DNA of 64,000 nucleotides, taken from contig JANNXA010000014.1 of NCBI GenBank assembly GCA_031409275.1, forward strand, positions 128,001 to 192,000, given 5' to 3'. The notes beneath the pieces are model-generated. The model had not been told where the DNA came from. It saw only the letters and a program-made list of their open reading frames with translations, and made no database searches. This DNA is from Planctomycetota bacterium (GTDB taxonomy: Bacteria > Planctomycetota > B15-G4 > SIAN01). Each line of letters begins with the position of its first letter. Within the stretch, counting starts at the first letter, position 1. Position numbers and translations under genes: made by a program. This document shows, in pieces, positions 10,143-20,486 of this stretch.

Positions 10143-11105
10143 GTGAACCTCGCCCCATCCCTCACCGTCGCCGACGTCGTCACGCTGCTCGAGCGACCGT
10201 TGCTCGACCTCGTCTTCGAGGCGGCCTCCACCCATCGACGCCACCACGCGGCGGATGCGATGCAGTGCTCCCAGCTCCTCTCCATCAAGACGGGCGGCTG
10301 CTCGGAGGATTGCGGCTACTGCAGCCAGAGCGCGCGCTTCAAGACGCCCGTAGAGCGCGAGGCGCTGATGGAGGTCGATGCGGTGCTGGCCACGGCGCGA
10401 GCCGCGAAGGAGAACGGCGCCGACCGCTTCTGCATGGGCGCGGCATGGCGCGAGGTGAAGGATGGCGAGGCGTTCGAGCGCGTGCTGAAGATGGTGCGCG
10501 GCGTGAAGGAGCTTGGCCTCGAAAGCTGCGTCACCCTCGGAATGCTCAATGAGGCGCAGGCGCGCCAGCTCAAGGACGCCGGCCTCGACTACTACAACCA
10601 CAACCTCGACACCGGCGCGAGCCACTACGAGAAGGTGATCACGACGCACACGCTCGCCGATCGCCTCGACACGCTCGACCATGTTCGCAGCGCCGGCATC
10701 CACGTCTGCAGCGGCGGCATCCTCGGACTGGGCGAGACGACGCACGCGCGGGCCGAACTCCTCCATCAGCTCGCCACGCTGTCGCCGCAACCGGAGAGCG
10801 TGCCCATCAACACGCTCGTGCAGGTGCCGGGAACCAAGTTCGAGAACAACGCGCCGCTCGACTGGACCGTCGTGGTGCGCGTGGTCGCCGCCGCGCGCCT
10901 GCTGATGCCCGACGCCGTTATCCGCCTCTCGGCCGGCCGCACCGGAATGACGGAAGAGGGGCAGGCGCTCTGTTTCCTCGCCGGAGCCAATTCGGTCTTC
11001 ATCGGCGACGAACTGCTGACCACGCCCAATCCCGACCCCAAGAGCGACGCGGCGCTGCTGGCGAAGCTCGGCCTGCAGGCGCTGGCGCGCAGCGCGGAAG
11101 CGTGA
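10143..11105 (+). CDS. bioB: biotin synthase
   Basis: [15 protein letters not shown] radical SAM motif, [39 protein letters not shown]. Confidence 0.98.
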   Translation: MNLAPSLTVADVVTLLERPLLDLVFEAASTHRRHHAADAMQCSQLLSIKTGGCSEDCGYCSQSARFKTPVEREALMEVDAVLATARAAKENGADRFCMGAAWREVKDGEAFERVLKMVRGVKELGLESCVTLGMLNEAQARQLKDAGLDYYNHNLDTGASHYEKVITTHTLADRLDTLDHVRSAGIHVCSGGILGLGETTHARAELLHQLATLSPQPESVPINTLVQVPGTKFENNAPLDWTVVVRVVAAARLLMPDAVIRLSAGRTGMTEEGQALCFLAGANSVFIGDELLTTPNPDPKSDAALLAKLGLQALARSAEA

Positions 11106-12991
11106 CGCGAAGGCTCGACTTCGAGCTCGAAGCGGAGCTCGCCACGTGGGAGCGCGCCGGGCTGCGGCGGACGTTGCCACGAGCGGCGGGCGGCGCGGCG
11201 ACGGAGCGCGCCGCGGCGCCGATCGACTTCGTCTCGAACGACTACCTCGGTTTGACGCGCGATCGGCGCGTGATCGACGCGGCGCACGCGGCGTTGGAAC
11301 GCAGCGGCGCGGGCAGCGGTGCGGCGCGCCTCCTGGGCGGTGGCCTCGCCGGCGCCGCGGCCTCCGGTGACGACGCGTCGCGCGCGGAAGCGCTGCTGGC
11401 CGAGTGGCTCTCCGAGGAGTCGGCGCTGCTCTTCCCGTCGGGATGGCACGCGAACCTCGGCGTCGTGACCACGCTGGCCGGTCGCGGCGACGCGCTCTTC
11501 TCCGATGCCTTGAACCACGCCTCGCTGGTCGACGCCTGCCGGCTCGCACGCGCTCACGTCGACCGTTACGCGCATGGCGACATCGACGAGCTCTCGACGC
11601 AGCTCGCCCGCGCGCGGGGTGCGCGCCGACGCGTCGTCGTCACCGAGTCGATCTTCAGCATGGATGGCGACCTCGCGCCGCTCGCCGCGCTGCACGAGGC
11701 GTGCGAGCGACACGACGCGTGGTTGATCGTCGACGAGGCGCACAGCCACGCGCTGCTCGGCCCGCATGGCGCGGGCGCATGGGCGGCGGCGGGATTGCCG
11801 ACCACTCGGCTTGCCGCGCGCGTCGTCACCGGCGGCAAGGCGCTCGGCGTGGCGGGCGCTTTCGTGGTCAGTGGCCGCCCGTTGCACGAGCTGCTCGTCC
11901 AAGCCGCGCGCCCCTTCGTCTTCACGACCGCGCCGCCACCCGCCGTCGCTGCCGCACTCGCCGCCGCCATCGAGATCGCACGTGGCGCCGACGCTGCGCG
12001 CGCGCGCGTGGTGGCGCTCGCTGCGCGTCTGGCGAAAGAGCTGCGTCGCAGCGCTTTCGCGGTGCGCACGCCGAATCCGGCGGCGGCGATCGTGCCGTTC
12101 CTGGTCGGCGACGCCGCGGCCACCAGCGCGCTCGGCCGCGAGTTGAGCGCTGCCGGTTTCGCGGTCGGCGCGGTGCGACCGCCGACGGTGGCGGAGGGGT
12201 CGTCCCGCCTGCGCCTGGTGGTCCACGCCCACAACAGCGAGGCGCAGGTCGACGCGCTCGCCAGCGCGCTGCTGGCGCGGGCGCGGCCGCGCGCGACCCC
12301 GGGCACGACTCGCGATGGCGCTTCGGCGCGCGCGACGCCGTGGTTCGTGGTCGGGACCGACACCGGCATCGGCAAGACGGTGGCCAGCGCACTGCTGCTG
12401 CGCGCGGCGCGCCGGCTCGGGCCCGCCTGCTACTGGAAGCCGGTGCAGACCGGTGACGAAAGCGATACGGCGGCGGTCGCGGCGTTGGCTCAAGCGGCGC
12501 CGCACGAGCTGATGGCGCCGCTCCACCACTTCCCGCGGCCCGCTTCACCGCACGAGGCGGCCGCGGCCGCCGGCGAGTCGATCGAGCCGGCCGTGCTGCA
12601 AGCCGCGCTGACCGCCGCGCGCGAGGAGCGCCACGGCACCCGCCTCATCGTCGAACTCGCGGGCGGACTGCTGGTTCCCTATCGCACCGGCGCGGCGCCC
12701 TACCTGCAGGCCGATTGGCTCGCGCGCGCGCGACCGCGCTTCGTGCTGGTCGCGCGAGCGGGACTCGGCACGTTGAACCACACGCTGCTGACGCTCGAAG
12801 CGCTGCGCTCCCGCAAGCTCGAACCCGACGCGCTGCTGCTGGTGGGCGAGCCCCACCCGGCGAACGCGGCGACGCTGCGCGAACTGTCGGGAGTTGGGGC
12901 GCTCTTCGAGCTGCCGCGCTTCGAGCCGCTATCGGGCACGGCGCTCGAAGCGTGGCTCGACGCGAACGCGCTGGTCGAGGTGCTGCGATGA
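11102..12991 (+). CDS. bioF-bioD: fused 8-amino-7-oxononanoate synthase / dethiobiotin synthetase
   Basis: BioF motifs ([41 protein letters not shown]) in frame with BioD motifs ([41 protein letters not shown]). Confidence 0.94.
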   Translation: MTRRLDFELEAELATWERAGLRRTLPRAAGGAATERAAAPIDFVSNDYLGLTRDRRVIDAAHAALERSGAGSGAARLLGGGLAGAAASGDDASRAEALLAEWLSEESALLFPSGWHANLGVVTTLAGRGDALFSDALNHASLVDACRLARAHVDRYAHGDIDELSTQLARARGARRRVVVTESIFSMDGDLAPLAALHEACERHDAWLIVDEAHSHALLGPHGAGAWAAAGLPTTRLAARVVTGGKALGVAGAFVVSGRPLHELLVQAARPFVFTTAPPPAVAAALAAAIEIARGADAARARVVALAARLAKELRRSAFAVRTPNPAAAIVPFLVGDAAATSALGRELSAAGFAVGAVRPPTVAEGSSRLRLVVHAHNSEAQVDALASALLARARPRATPGTTRDGASARATPWFVVGTDTGIGKTVASALLLRAARRLGPACYWKPVQTGDESDTAAVAALAQAAPHELMAPLHHFPRPASPHEAAAAAGESIEPAVLQAALTAAREERHGTRLIVELAGGLLVPYRTGAAPYLQADWLARARPRFVLVARAGLGTLNHTLLTLEALRSRKLEPDALLLVGEPHPANAATLRELSGVGALFELPRFEPLSGTALEAWLDANALVEVLR

Positions 12992-14289
12992 GCGGGCCGC
13001 CGCGCTCGCTCGGTCAGCGCGACGCGGCGTGCCTCTGGCACCCTTACACGCAGCACGGCAGTGACGGCGCGCCGATCGAGGTGGCGGCCGCGCGCGGCGC
13101 GACCCTGACGCTCTCCGATGGGCGCGAAGTGATCGACGCGATCAGTGCGTGGTGGACCTGCCTGCACGGCCACGGCGAGCCGCGGCTGATCGAGGCGGCA
13201 CAGCGCCAGGCGCGGCGGCTCGATCACGTCGCCTTTGCCGGCGCGACGCATGAACCGGCGGTCGCGCTGGCCGAGGCGCTGCTGGCGATCGCGCCGCGTG
13301 GCGAGCGGGCGCTGACGCGCGTCTTCTTCAGCGACGACGGCTCGACCGCGGTCGAGGTCGCGCTCAAGATCGCCTTCCACTTCCACGCGCAGCGCGGCGC
13401 GACGGCACGGCGCAAGTTCCTCGTCTTCGAAGGCGGCTACCACGGCGATACGGTCGGCGCGATGAGCGTCGGCGATCCCGACCCCTACTTCACCGCCTAC
13501 GCGCCGCTGCTCTTCGAAGTGGTGCGCGTCCCCGTCGCGGCCGCCGCCTTCGCCGCGGCGTTCGAGCAGCACGCCGACGCGCTCGCCGCGGTACTGATCG
13601 AGCCGCTCGTCCAGGGCGCCGCGGGCATGCGCATGCACGACGCGGCGTTGCTGCGCACCATCGCCACGACCTGCCATGCGGCCGGCGTGCCGCTGATCGC
13701 CGACGAAGTGATGACGGGGTTCGGGCGCACCGGCGCGCTCTTCGCCTGCACGAAGGCGGGCATCGCGCCCGACCTGCTCTGCCTCGCAAAAGGGCTGACC
13801 AGCGCAATGGCACCGCTGGCGGCGACGCTGGCCACCGAGCAGCTCTTCGATGCGTTTCGATCGAGCGAGCGACGTCGCATGCTGGCGCACGGCCACTCGA
13901 TGACGGCCCATCCGATCGGCTGCGCAGTCGCGCTCGAATCGCTGGCGCTGTGCCGCGAGAACGACGTCGCCGCTCGCCTCGATGCGATCGGCGCGCGCAT
14001 CGAAGCGGGGCTCGCGCCCCTGCGCGGCGATCCGCGCGTGCGCGAGCTGCGGCGGTGCGGCGGGATCGTCGCGTTCGACCTCGCGCCACAGCCGAGCGGG
14101 GCCAGCAGCGGCGGCTACTTCACGGAGCTGGCACCACGACTGCGCGCGCGCGCCATCGATCACGGCGTGCTGCTGCGGCCGCTGGGCGACGTCGTCTACG
14201 CGCTGCCACCCGCCTGCACCACCGAGGCGCAGTGCGACGCAATCGCCGCGGCGATGCGGGCGATGGTCGAGTTCATCCCCGCTCGCTGA
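12988..14289 (+). CDS. bioA: adenosylmethionine-8-amino-7-oxononanoate aminotransferase
   Basis: LWHPYTQH, DAISAWWTCLHGH, DDGSTAVEVALK, GYHGDT, IADEVMTGFGRTG, LAKGLT. ATGA overlap with bioF-bioD. Confidence 0.97.
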   Translation: MSGPPRSLGQRDAACLWHPYTQHGSDGAPIEVAAARGATLTLSDGREVIDAISAWWTCLHGHGEPRLIEAAQRQARRLDHVAFAGATHEPAVALAEALLAIAPRGERALTRVFFSDDGSTAVEVALKIAFHFHAQRGATARRKFLVFEGGYHGDTVGAMSVGDPDPYFTAYAPLLFEVVRVPVAAAAFAAAFEQHADALAAVLIEPLVQGAAGMRMHDAALLRTIATTCHAAGVPLIADEVMTGFGRTGALFACTKAGIAPDLLCLAKGLTSAMAPLAATLATEQLFDAFRSSERRRMLAHGHSMTAHPIGCAVALESLALCRENDVAARLDAIGARIEAGLAPLRGDPRVRELRRCGGIVAFDLAPQPSGASSGGYFTELAPRLRARAIDHGVLLRPLGDVVYALPPACTTEAQCDAIAAAMRAMVEFIPAR

Positions 14290-14689
14290 TCCCCTCGAAC
14301 GCTGCGATGGCGCGGCGCGCCGCCGGCGGGATCTCGCAACTCTTCAGCGCCACGTCGACCCACACCAGCAGCGCCTTCGCGACGGCGAGCCGCTCGCTGC
14401 CGCGGCGCACTTCGTACTGCATCTCGAAGCTCTTGCCGCCGAGCCGCGCGGTGCGCACAGCAACGTGGAGCGAGTCGCCGCGCCGCGCCGGCCGCTCGTA
14501 GCGGATGGTCGCTTCGCCGAGCAGGAAGGGCGGGATGTCGCCCTCCACCAGCTCGAGCTGCGCGAAGTAGTCGAAGCGCGCCTGCTCGATCAAACTCCAG
14601 TAGACCGCGTGGTTCACGACACCGGCCACGTCGACGTCGACCCAGCGCAACGGTACGGCGGCGGTGAAGCGGAAGGGTTCGTTCGCCAT
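14273..14689 (-). CDS. acyl-CoA thioesterase (4HBT/YbgC-like hotdog fold)
   Basis: RWVDVDVAGVVNHAVY...EQAR motif. Alternative GTG start at 14701. Confidence 0.9.
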   Translation of the reverse strand: MANEPFRFTAAVPLRWVDVDVAGVVNHAVYWSLIEQARFDYFAQLELVEGDIPPFLLGEATIRYERPARRGDSLHVAVRTARLGGKSFEMQYEVRRGSERLAVAKALLVWVDVALKSCEIPPAARRAIAAFEGISERG

Positions 14690-14697
14690 CGGATCGC

Positions 14698-16197
14698 TCA
14701 CGGGTACCAGCGGATCATCACGCTGTCGAGGCCGAGCGCCAGCCCGGTCGATTCGAGGTTCTTGCCGGTGGCGCGCAGCTCGAGGACATGCGGGCCGCGT
14801 TCGAGATGCACGGTCCCGAGCAGCGGTTCGCGCAACAGCGTGCGCGGGCTGAAGAGATCGATCGGCGCGCCGACCGCAGCGCCATCGACGAACGCCTGCC
14901 AGCAACCGCCATCGGGCGTGCGCGTCAGTCGCAGGTAGAGGTCGTAATCGCGGGCGTTGCTGAGCTCGAACGGGAGCTGCAGCACGGCTTGATCGAGGCG
15001 CGTCGGCACCAGACGCACTTGCGCACCGTAGGCCCAGAACGGGCCGCTCTCCACCGTCGGTGTCGGCGCCTCGTCGGGGACCTGCAGCAGCTCGAGCAGC
15101 TCCTCTTCTTCCGGTTCGAGTCGCAGCTCGGCGAAGGGGAGTCGCTCCTGCGGACTCGGCAACGCGGAGAAGATCGCGTGCGGCTCCTCCTGGTACCAGA
15201 AGGCGACGCTCGACCAGGCGTCACGGCGGTCGCCCAAGAGCGCCCACTCGCCGTTGCGCCGCGCATAACCAAGCCGCTCGAACGTGACACCGAGTCCCTT
15301 CTCGAACGGCACCGGGTCGAGCACGTGCCAGCGGCACGCCGTCGTGCGCGCGCCGGAGCCGGTCCCTTCGAAGCAGGTCACACCGCCGAACGGTCCGGTG
15401 TCGACACGAAAGCCCCACGCATCGTCGAAGGCGCTCTCGAAGCCGCTGCCAATGAAGCTCGCCGTCTCCGAGAGGTCGACGAAGAAGCGGTCGTCGCCCT
15501 CGCCCGGCCACCCCTCTTCGCCCGACCAGATTGAGAGGACCGTGCCGACGTAGTGGCCGCGGCCGAGGATCTCGGCGACGCGGTGTTGCCGCAGCGCCCC
15601 TTGCCGTGGCGTGGCGCGGAACTGCGCATGGAACGTCCGCAGGTTGGGGCAGGGCGCGTCGGTCTCGACGTAATCGACCTGCCAGAAGACGAGGCGAGCC
15701 GGCCGGCTCGAATCGTTGCGGATCGAGATCTCGGCGCCCTTGTTGAAGGGCATCGGCCACCACGAGGAGCGCGCGCGGCCGTCGCCCGCGACGCGGACCG
15801 GCAGCGTGTCGACCGGCGCCTCCTGCGCGTTGCCGACGGCGAAGAAGTCGCCAATCGGCGCCTCGACCGAGGGATTGGTCTCGCCATCCCAACGCGCGCG
15901 CAGCACCAGCATGCGCGCGTAGTACGGGTCATCGCTCTCCGCGGTCAGCCAGAGGTGGCGGATGACGCCCGAGCCGCCGATGCGGGCGATGGCGATTTCG
16001 GCGCCGGCGGCGATCGGCAGGAAGTCGAGGTTGCTGTTGACGTCGAGGTGAGAGCTCGAGATCCGTCGGTAGCGCCCCTCGGTCGGGCGGAAGAGGTCGC
16101 CGAGACCCGAAACCGCGGCGGGCGTCCCCTGGCCGACGGCGATCGAGGCCAGGAGCAGCAAGGCGCCGGCGATTGAGGAACAACGTTTTGGATCCAT
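14698..16197 (-). CDS. secreted DUF2961 (GH172-like) protein with C-terminal beta-sandwich
   Basis: Signal peptide; GSGVIRHLWLT, WDGETNPSVEAPIGDFF, SWWPMPF, GRGHYVG, GEGDDRFFVD, RWHVLDPVPF. Confidence 0.85.
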   Translation of the reverse strand: MDPKRCSSIAGALLLLASIAVGQGTPAAVSGLGDLFRPTEGRYRRISSSHLDVNSNLDFLPIAAGAEIAIARIGGSGVIRHLWLTAESDDPYYARMLVLRARWDGETNPSVEAPIGDFFAVGNAQEAPVDTLPVRVAGDGRARSSWWPMPFNKGAEISIRNDSSRPARLVFWQVDYVETDAPCPNLRTFHAQFRATPRQGALRQHRVAEILGRGHYVGTVLSIWSGEEGWPGEGDDRFFVDLSETASFIGSGFESAFDDAWGFRVDTGPFGGVTCFEGTGSGARTTACRWHVLDPVPFEKGLGVTFERLGYARRNGEWALLGDRRDAWSSVAFWYQEEPHAIFSALPSPQERLPFAELRLEPEEEELLELLQVPDEAPTPTVESGPFWAYGAQVRLVPTRLDQAVLQLPFELSNARDYDLYLRLTRTPDGGCWQAFVDGAAVGAPIDLFSPRTLLREPLLGTVHLERGPHVLELRATGKNLESTGLALGLDSVMIRWYP

Positions 16198-16321
16198 CGT
16201 CGTAGGAGACTCCTCTCGCCCCGCGGCGCCCATCAGTGGGCGTCCACGTCGCGAGCTACCATGCGCCCCGCTTCGGCCCTGCCGCCACTCGCCGAGGCTC
16301 CCAAAGAAGAAGGATGCCACG

Positions 16322-19300
16322 ATGCTGCGCTTTTCGATGGTGGGCACGTTGCTGCTCCTCGGCTCGCTCGCCCCGGTCTTCGCAACGCATCGAGGGGCGC
16401 CTCGCGCGCGGCCCAACGCACCCGCGAACGGTGACGCCGCCGATCTCGCTGACGCCGAGCGCGCGCCCATCGCCGCCAACCCGGTCGGCACCTGGCGCCT
16501 CGACAGTCTGATCGACCAGGCGGCGATCTCCGGCATCGACCCCAGCGACGTCGATCCGGCCACGTTCGTGCTCCACGATCTGCGCTTCGACGACGGTGGC
16601 GCCGGAATCGTCCCGGTCGACACCCCGTTTGGCAGCGGCAAGGTCGTGGCCGGCGACGGCTCGGCGCAGCTGCAGGCGAGCGGCAAAGCGGCGCTCTTCC
16701 GCATCAAGGTCCCGAAGACGAAGGCGAGCGATGTGGGCGCCATCGCCTATCGAGTGCGCTCGAGCGACTGCAGCGAAGTGGCCCTGCTGCGCGACACGAG
16801 CGTGTTGCAGATGTTGAATGGCGGTGGCGGTCCCGGTGGCCCGGGTGGCGGCAACTTCGGGATTCCGCTCGGCGGCGGTGGCCCGCCGATCCCGTTCGCC
16901 GGCGGTCGCTTCGGCGCACCGCCCGCGGGCGGAGCCAATCCGCCAGCGCCAGCAGGAGCGCCGCCGGCGGGTGGAAACGGGCCGGGTGCCGGCAACGGAC
17001 CGCCGCCGGCGCCTCCTGCCGGAATCGCGCCGCCGCCGACTCCAGGTGGCGCGGGAGGTCCCGGTGGCCCCGGTGGTCGGCGCCGCGGTGGGCCCGGCCT
17101 TGACGCGAGCTTCGATCCTCGCGACTTGCTCCGCGGCGAGATCCGCAAGCTCGACGCGAACGGCGAGTGGCACACGCTCGCGCGCAGCGGCAAGGCCGCG
17201 AGCGGCGGCAATCCCATGTTCGGGGGAATGGCCTTTGGCGGCAACGCGCCCGCAACCACCGAGCTCGAAGAGCTCGCGCTCGTCGTCCTGGTGCCGGCCG
17301 ACAAGGCGACCGACGGCGTGAAGGTCGACCTCGAGTTCATCCACGTGCTCGATGCGAAGGCGGACTACGCCTCGAAGACCGTCGCGCCATGCACCGTCGA
17401 ACGTGCTCGCGTGCTCCACCAAGGCATGCACCTCAACACGCCGGCGTCGGTGACCTGGCGACTGGTGCCGCCAACGGGAGCGAAACTGGTCGCCGGACTC
17501 ACCGCACTCACTGAGCAGCCGATCAAGCTGCTGGTCCACGTGGCGGCCAACGGCGCGCGCACGACGCTGCTCGAGAAGTACTTCGACGGCGGCTCTCGCG
17601 TCGACCCGATCGCGCTCGACCTCGCCGACTACGCCGGTCAGGAGATCGGGCTCGAGATCGAAGTGCTCGAGGAGAACGAGCCCAACGTCGCCTTCCTGTT
17701 GCAGCCGTTGGTCTACGGCGCGCGCAAGGAGGGGGTCCGCAACGTGATGCTCTACTTCTGCGACACGTTGCGCGCGGATGCGCTGTCGGCCTACGGCAAC
17801 ACGCGGCCGACGACGCCCAACCTCGATGCGCTGGCCGCCAGCGGAATCCGCTTCGAGCGCTGCTTCAGCCAGGGCGCGTGGACCTACGTCTCGATGCCCT
17901 CCTCGCTCTCCTCGCTCTTCCCCAGCGTGAACGGCATCAAGAACGGCGGCGAGCAGATCGCCAGCTCGGTGATCACGGTCGCCGAGGCGTTCCGCGAAGC
18001 GGGCTACCTGACGGCGGCCTTCATCCGCAATGACTTCGTCGGCCCGACCACCCACACCGAGCAGGGCTTCGATTTCTTCTTCCCGGGCGACGTGATCGGT
18101 CCGGCGAACACGGCGGGTGTCCAACAAGCAGTGGCGCGCATGTTCGGCCGCAATCCAGCCGGCGCCGACGCCGGTCAGGGCGGGATGAACTTCAACAGCG
18201 GCTCCTCGCGCGACCTGTTCACCAAGGTGCAGCCGTGGCTCGACCAGTACCGCGACGTGCCCTTCGTCCTCTACATGCACGCCGTCGATCCGCATGAGCC
18301 ATACGACCCGGAAACGGCCGATCGCGCGAAGTTCTTGAGCGATGAAGATCACGCGAAGTTCAAGGAGATGGAGAAGAAGCTCTCTGACTTCCAGCAGCGG
18401 CAGCAAAACCAGTTCGGCGGCGGCGGCGGTCCGCTCGTGTTCAACACTCCCGGCGGAGGGGTTGTGGCGGCGCCTGGAAACACCCCGCCGACCGCGCCCG
18501 CGGTCGACCCTGCGGTCGATCCCGCGGCCGATCCAACAGCCGACCGCGCCGAGGTGCCGGTCGCGGCACCCGCAGCGTCGAACAGCGCCGCGCCGCCCGC
18601 CGGCGCCGTCGCCCGCGGCTCCGAGATGCTCGACAGCTACATCGCCGCAGGGATCGATCCCCACGACTTCGTTCGCAAAGAACGCGCGATCTACGACGCC
18701 GAGGTGCACTACTTCGACCGTCACTACAAGCTGATCCGTGACTACTTCGCGCAGCACGGGCTGACGAACGCCACCGTCTTCAGCTTCAACGCCGACCACG
18801 GCGACGAGTTCCTGGAGCACGGCTCGAAGGGCCACGGTCAGTCCGTCTATGCCGAGCTGACCCACGTGCCGTGGATCCTCTCGGCGCCCGGCCTCCTGCC
18901 CGCGGGCAAGGTCATCGGCGACAACGTCGCCAACCTCGACCTCGGCCCGACGCTGCTCGGACTCGTCGGCCTCACGCCGGCCGACTCGATGCAGGGCCGC
19001 AACCTCGCGGCCGAGCTGCAGAGCGGCGACGAACTGCCGGCGGTCGCGATCTTCACCGAGAAGTGGGGTGGCCCGATGTTCGGCGGCGGTGGCGACATCG
19101 GCGAGGAGATCCTCGGCGACTTCGCGGTGATCGAAGGGCGTTGGAAGACGGTCGTCCATCGAACGATGGAGCCGTCGATCGGCGCGGATGGAAAACCCGG
19201 CCCACTGCAGCTCAAGATCGAGCTCGAGATCTTCGACCTGCTGGCCGACATGACCGACTCGAACTCCTTGATCGCCACCGAACGCGAACGGGCCGAGGCG

Positions 19301-19423
19301 GCCAACAAGCGGCTCGAGACGTGGGTCGGCGAGATGAAGAAGCTCCACGCGCGCTACGCCGGCGAAGACACGCAGAGCGACAACGCGATGGAGATGATGA
19401 AGGCGCTCGGCTACGCGCAGTGA
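16322..19423 (+). CDS. secreted sulfatase-like hydrolase (alkaline phosphatase superfamily) with large N-terminal extension
   Basis: DTLRAD, TPNLDALA, YMHAVDPHEPY, NADHGDEF, HGQSVY, ANLDLGPT, C-terminal MKALGY. Confidence 0.88.
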   Translation: MLRFSMVGTLLLLGSLAPVFATHRGAPRARPNAPANGDAADLADAERAPIAANPVGTWRLDSLIDQAAISGIDPSDVDPATFVLHDLRFDDGGAGIVPVDTPFGSGKVVAGDGSAQLQASGKAALFRIKVPKTKASDVGAIAYRVRSSDCSEVALLRDTSVLQMLNGGGGPGGPGGGNFGIPLGGGGPPIPFAGGRFGAPPAGGANPPAPAGAPPAGGNGPGAGNGPPPAPPAGIAPPPTPGGAGGPGGPGGRRRGGPGLDASFDPRDLLRGEIRKLDANGEWHTLARSGKAASGGNPMFGGMAFGGNAPATTELEELALVVLVPADKATDGVKVDLEFIHVLDAKADYASKTVAPCTVERARVLHQGMHLNTPASVTWRLVPPTGAKLVAGLTALTEQPIKLLVHVAANGARTTLLEKYFDGGSRVDPIALDLADYAGQEIGLEIEVLEENEPNVAFLLQPLVYGARKEGVRNVMLYFCDTLRADALSAYGNTRPTTPNLDALAASGIRFERCFSQGAWTYVSMPSSLSSLFPSVNGIKNGGEQIASSVITVAEAFREAGYLTAAFIRNDFVGPTTHTEQGFDFFFPGDVIGPANTAGVQQAVARMFGRNPAGADAGQGGMNFNSGSSRDLFTKVQPWLDQYRDVPFVLYMHAVDPHEPYDPETADRAKFLSDEDHAKFKEMEKKLSDFQQRQQNQFGGGGGPLVFNTPGGGVVAAPGNTPPTAPAVDPAVDPAADPTADRAEVPVAAPAASNSAAPPAGAVARGSEMLDSYIAAGIDPHDFVRKERAIYDAEVHYFDRHYKLIRDYFAQHGLTNATVFSFNADHGDEFLEHGSKGHGQSVYAELTHVPWILSAPGLLPAGKVIGDNVANLDLGPTLLGLVGLTPADSMQGRNLAAELQSGDELPAVAIFTEKWGGPMFGGGGDIGEEILGDFAVIEGRWKTVVHRTMEPSIGADGKPGPLQLKIELEIFDLLADMTDSNSLIATERERAEAANKRLETWVGEMKKLHARYAGEDTQSDNAMEMMKALGYAQ

Positions 19424-19462
19424 TGGACCAGGCGCCACGCTGCGGCGGCGCGACGAAGGAGC

Positions 19463-20002
19463 ATGACCTTGGGTGACCTGCGCGACGCCTTCAAGAAGGC
19501 CGGGCTGATCGACGACAAGACCAACCGCCGCCTCCAGCACGAGCAGCGGGTGGTGAAGAAGGAGCTCGGCCGCGAAGGGCTCGAGGAGCAGCGGCGCCGA
19601 GAGGAAGCGGAGCGCGTCGAACGGGACGCCCGCAAGAAGGCGGACGTGAAGACGGCGCAGCAGCGGCTCGATCAGGAGAAGCAGCGCAGCGAACGGTTGA
19701 AGCGGCTGCGCAGCGCGCTCGACGAGCAGGCGATTCGCGGGACCGGCGGCCCGCGCCGTTTCCACTGGGTCGACGCCGAGGGCTACTGCCCGTGGATCGC
19801 GCTCGACGACACCACCGGCCGGCGCATCGAAGCGGGCGAGATCGCGCTGGTGATGCTGCCCGAGCGCGGCGATACGGCGCTGGTCCCCCGCGCCCTGGCG
19901 CTGGAGCTCCACGCGAGCTTCCCCCACCTGGTCCTCCACCTCGCCGGCGGGACCGGTGCGGCGAGCAGCAGCGCACCGCCGGTCGAATCGGGCGGTCGCT
20001 AG
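19463..20002 (+). CDS. DUF2058-like protein
   Basis: RBS AAGGAG. N-terminal LRDAFKKAGL followed by a charged coiled coil and a C-terminal RIEAGEIALV...ALVPR segment. Confidence 0.7.
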   Translation: MTLGDLRDAFKKAGLIDDKTNRRLQHEQRVVKKELGREGLEEQRRREEAERVERDARKKADVKTAQQRLDQEKQRSERLKRLRSALDEQAIRGTGGPRRFHWVDAEGYCPWIALDDTTGRRIEAGEIALVMLPERGDTALVPRALALELHASFPHLVLHLAGGTGAASSSAPPVESGGR

Positions 20003-20243
20003 GAGCGTGTCCGAGTATTTCGAGCCGGCCACGAGCCATCGGACGGCTCCGGGCGGCCGGCCAGAACGAGCGGCCCGAAGAACGGCCGACGAGTTGCGAT
20101 CAGTACGGCAGCGCGGTGGTCGTTCGCCGCCGCGCCGCGCGCCGCGAGGAGCGCCGCCGTCCCGCCGCGAGAAACGGCGCGGGCGGGCGGGATTCCCCGC
20201 GGCGCACCGTGGCGCCGCCCGCCGTCGACTTTGACTTCACACC

Positions 20244-20486
20244 ATGGCCGACCGCACTCAACGCTTTGAAGACAACGTCGGCGGCCTCTGGTACGTCGAC
20301 AAGTCGTGCATTCTCTGCTCGCTCTGCTCCGACCTCGCGCCGAAGAACTTCCGCGAGAGCAAGGACGGCGACCACGACGTCGTCTACAAGCAGCCCGAGA
20401 CGCCCGAAGAGCTGGCGCAATCGCAGCAGGCGAAGCTGCAGTGCCCGGTCGAGGCGATCGGCGACGACGGTGACGCGGCGGCGTGA
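20244..20486 (+). CDS. single-cluster [4Fe-4S] ferredoxin
   Basis: CILCSLC...APKNF...QCPVEAI. Confidence 0.93.
   Translation: MADRTQRFEDNVGGLWYVDKSCILCSLCSDLAPKNFRESKDGDHDVVYKQPETPEELAQSQQAKLQCPVEAIGDDGDAAA

Noticed and set aside
16256..20032. Very long antisense or alternate-frame ORFs (e.g. 16256-20032 -, 33660-37793 -, 45486-48185 -, 5601-7862 +)
   Set aside because: They shadow motif-bearing genes, are Arg/Ala/Gly-rich without motifs, and are expected where high GC makes stop codons scarce.
20003..20243. 241-bp gap upstream of the ferredoxin as an ncRNA
   Set aside because: Only generic GC-rich pairing; no SRP, 6S, tmRNA or riboswitch signature recognised.
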